A DNA stretch of 61,197 nt, filler included. It is 4 parts of 4 records of this genome, joined end to end, with 100 filler letters (N's around TTAATTAATTAA, not from the genome) between each part and the next. Parts side by side here need not be neighbours in the genome. Positions count along the whole stretch, not along the records: positions 55,966 to 61,197 come from DRR378314_1156; 3 more parts are not named here. The stretch is one strand, 5' to 3'. A program made the position numbers and the translations under genes. Shown in pieces: positions 61,169-61,197 of this stretch. The notes below the pieces were generated by a model that was not told the DNA's origin, ran no database searches, and saw nothing but the letters and a program-made list of their open reading frames with translations. The first letter of the stretch is position 1; the number at the start of each line of letters is the position of its first letter.

Positions 61169-61197
61169 CTTGGCATTTTACGATACGGGTGAAAGCA

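Noticed and set aside
1..61197. CRISPR arrays, rRNA, transposases, integrases, prophage or defence genes; bacteria-to-eukaryote gene transfer
   Set aside because: No repeat-spacer periodicity or diagnostic motifs were seen. Bacterial and eukaryotic segments are adjacent only through artificial spacers.

Overview
This window is not one locus. It is four unrelated contigs joined by identical 100-nt spacers (44 N + TTAATTAATTAA + 44 N). Contig A (1-27239) is a GC-rich Roseobacter-group alphaproteobacterial backbone: lepA, pcm-tolC-popZ-like, cobQ, efp, ygfZ, an MsbA-like exporter, two aminotransferases, class I aldolase, pyrG, secG, a cobalt-type nitrile hydratase operon and the start of purA. 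Contig B (27340-47143) is a very GC-rich marine gammaproteobacterium, probably Alcanivorax-like. It carries a FadE23/24-like acyl-CoA dehydrogenase pair, an OmpA/OprF-like porin, a chalcone-isomerase/SnoaL/DUF2878/DUF1295/Cfa-like lipid cluster, a split ColRS-like pair, two I-site-only GGDEF proteins, a GlxA-type regulator facing an orphan structured RNA, cti, dodecin and a DEAD-box helicase. Contig C (47244-55865) is AT-rich and Pseudoalteromonas-like (PAS sigma-54 activator, ABC exporter, topA, invasin-like C-terminus). Contig D (55966-61197) is eukaryotic, with two convergent intron-rich genes that I spliced by hand: a STRAP-like WD40 gene and a CLASP/TOG-like HEAT protein apparently fused to a SAM domain. 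I found no CRISPR array, rRNA, tRNA, transposase, phage or recognisable defence system. The best leads are the orphan P15-like RNA opposite the GlxA regulator, the lipid-remodelling and signalling cluster, the TOG-SAM fusion, and a secreted-protein gene split by one in-frame TGA. All family and taxon assignments come from motif recognition, not database searches.
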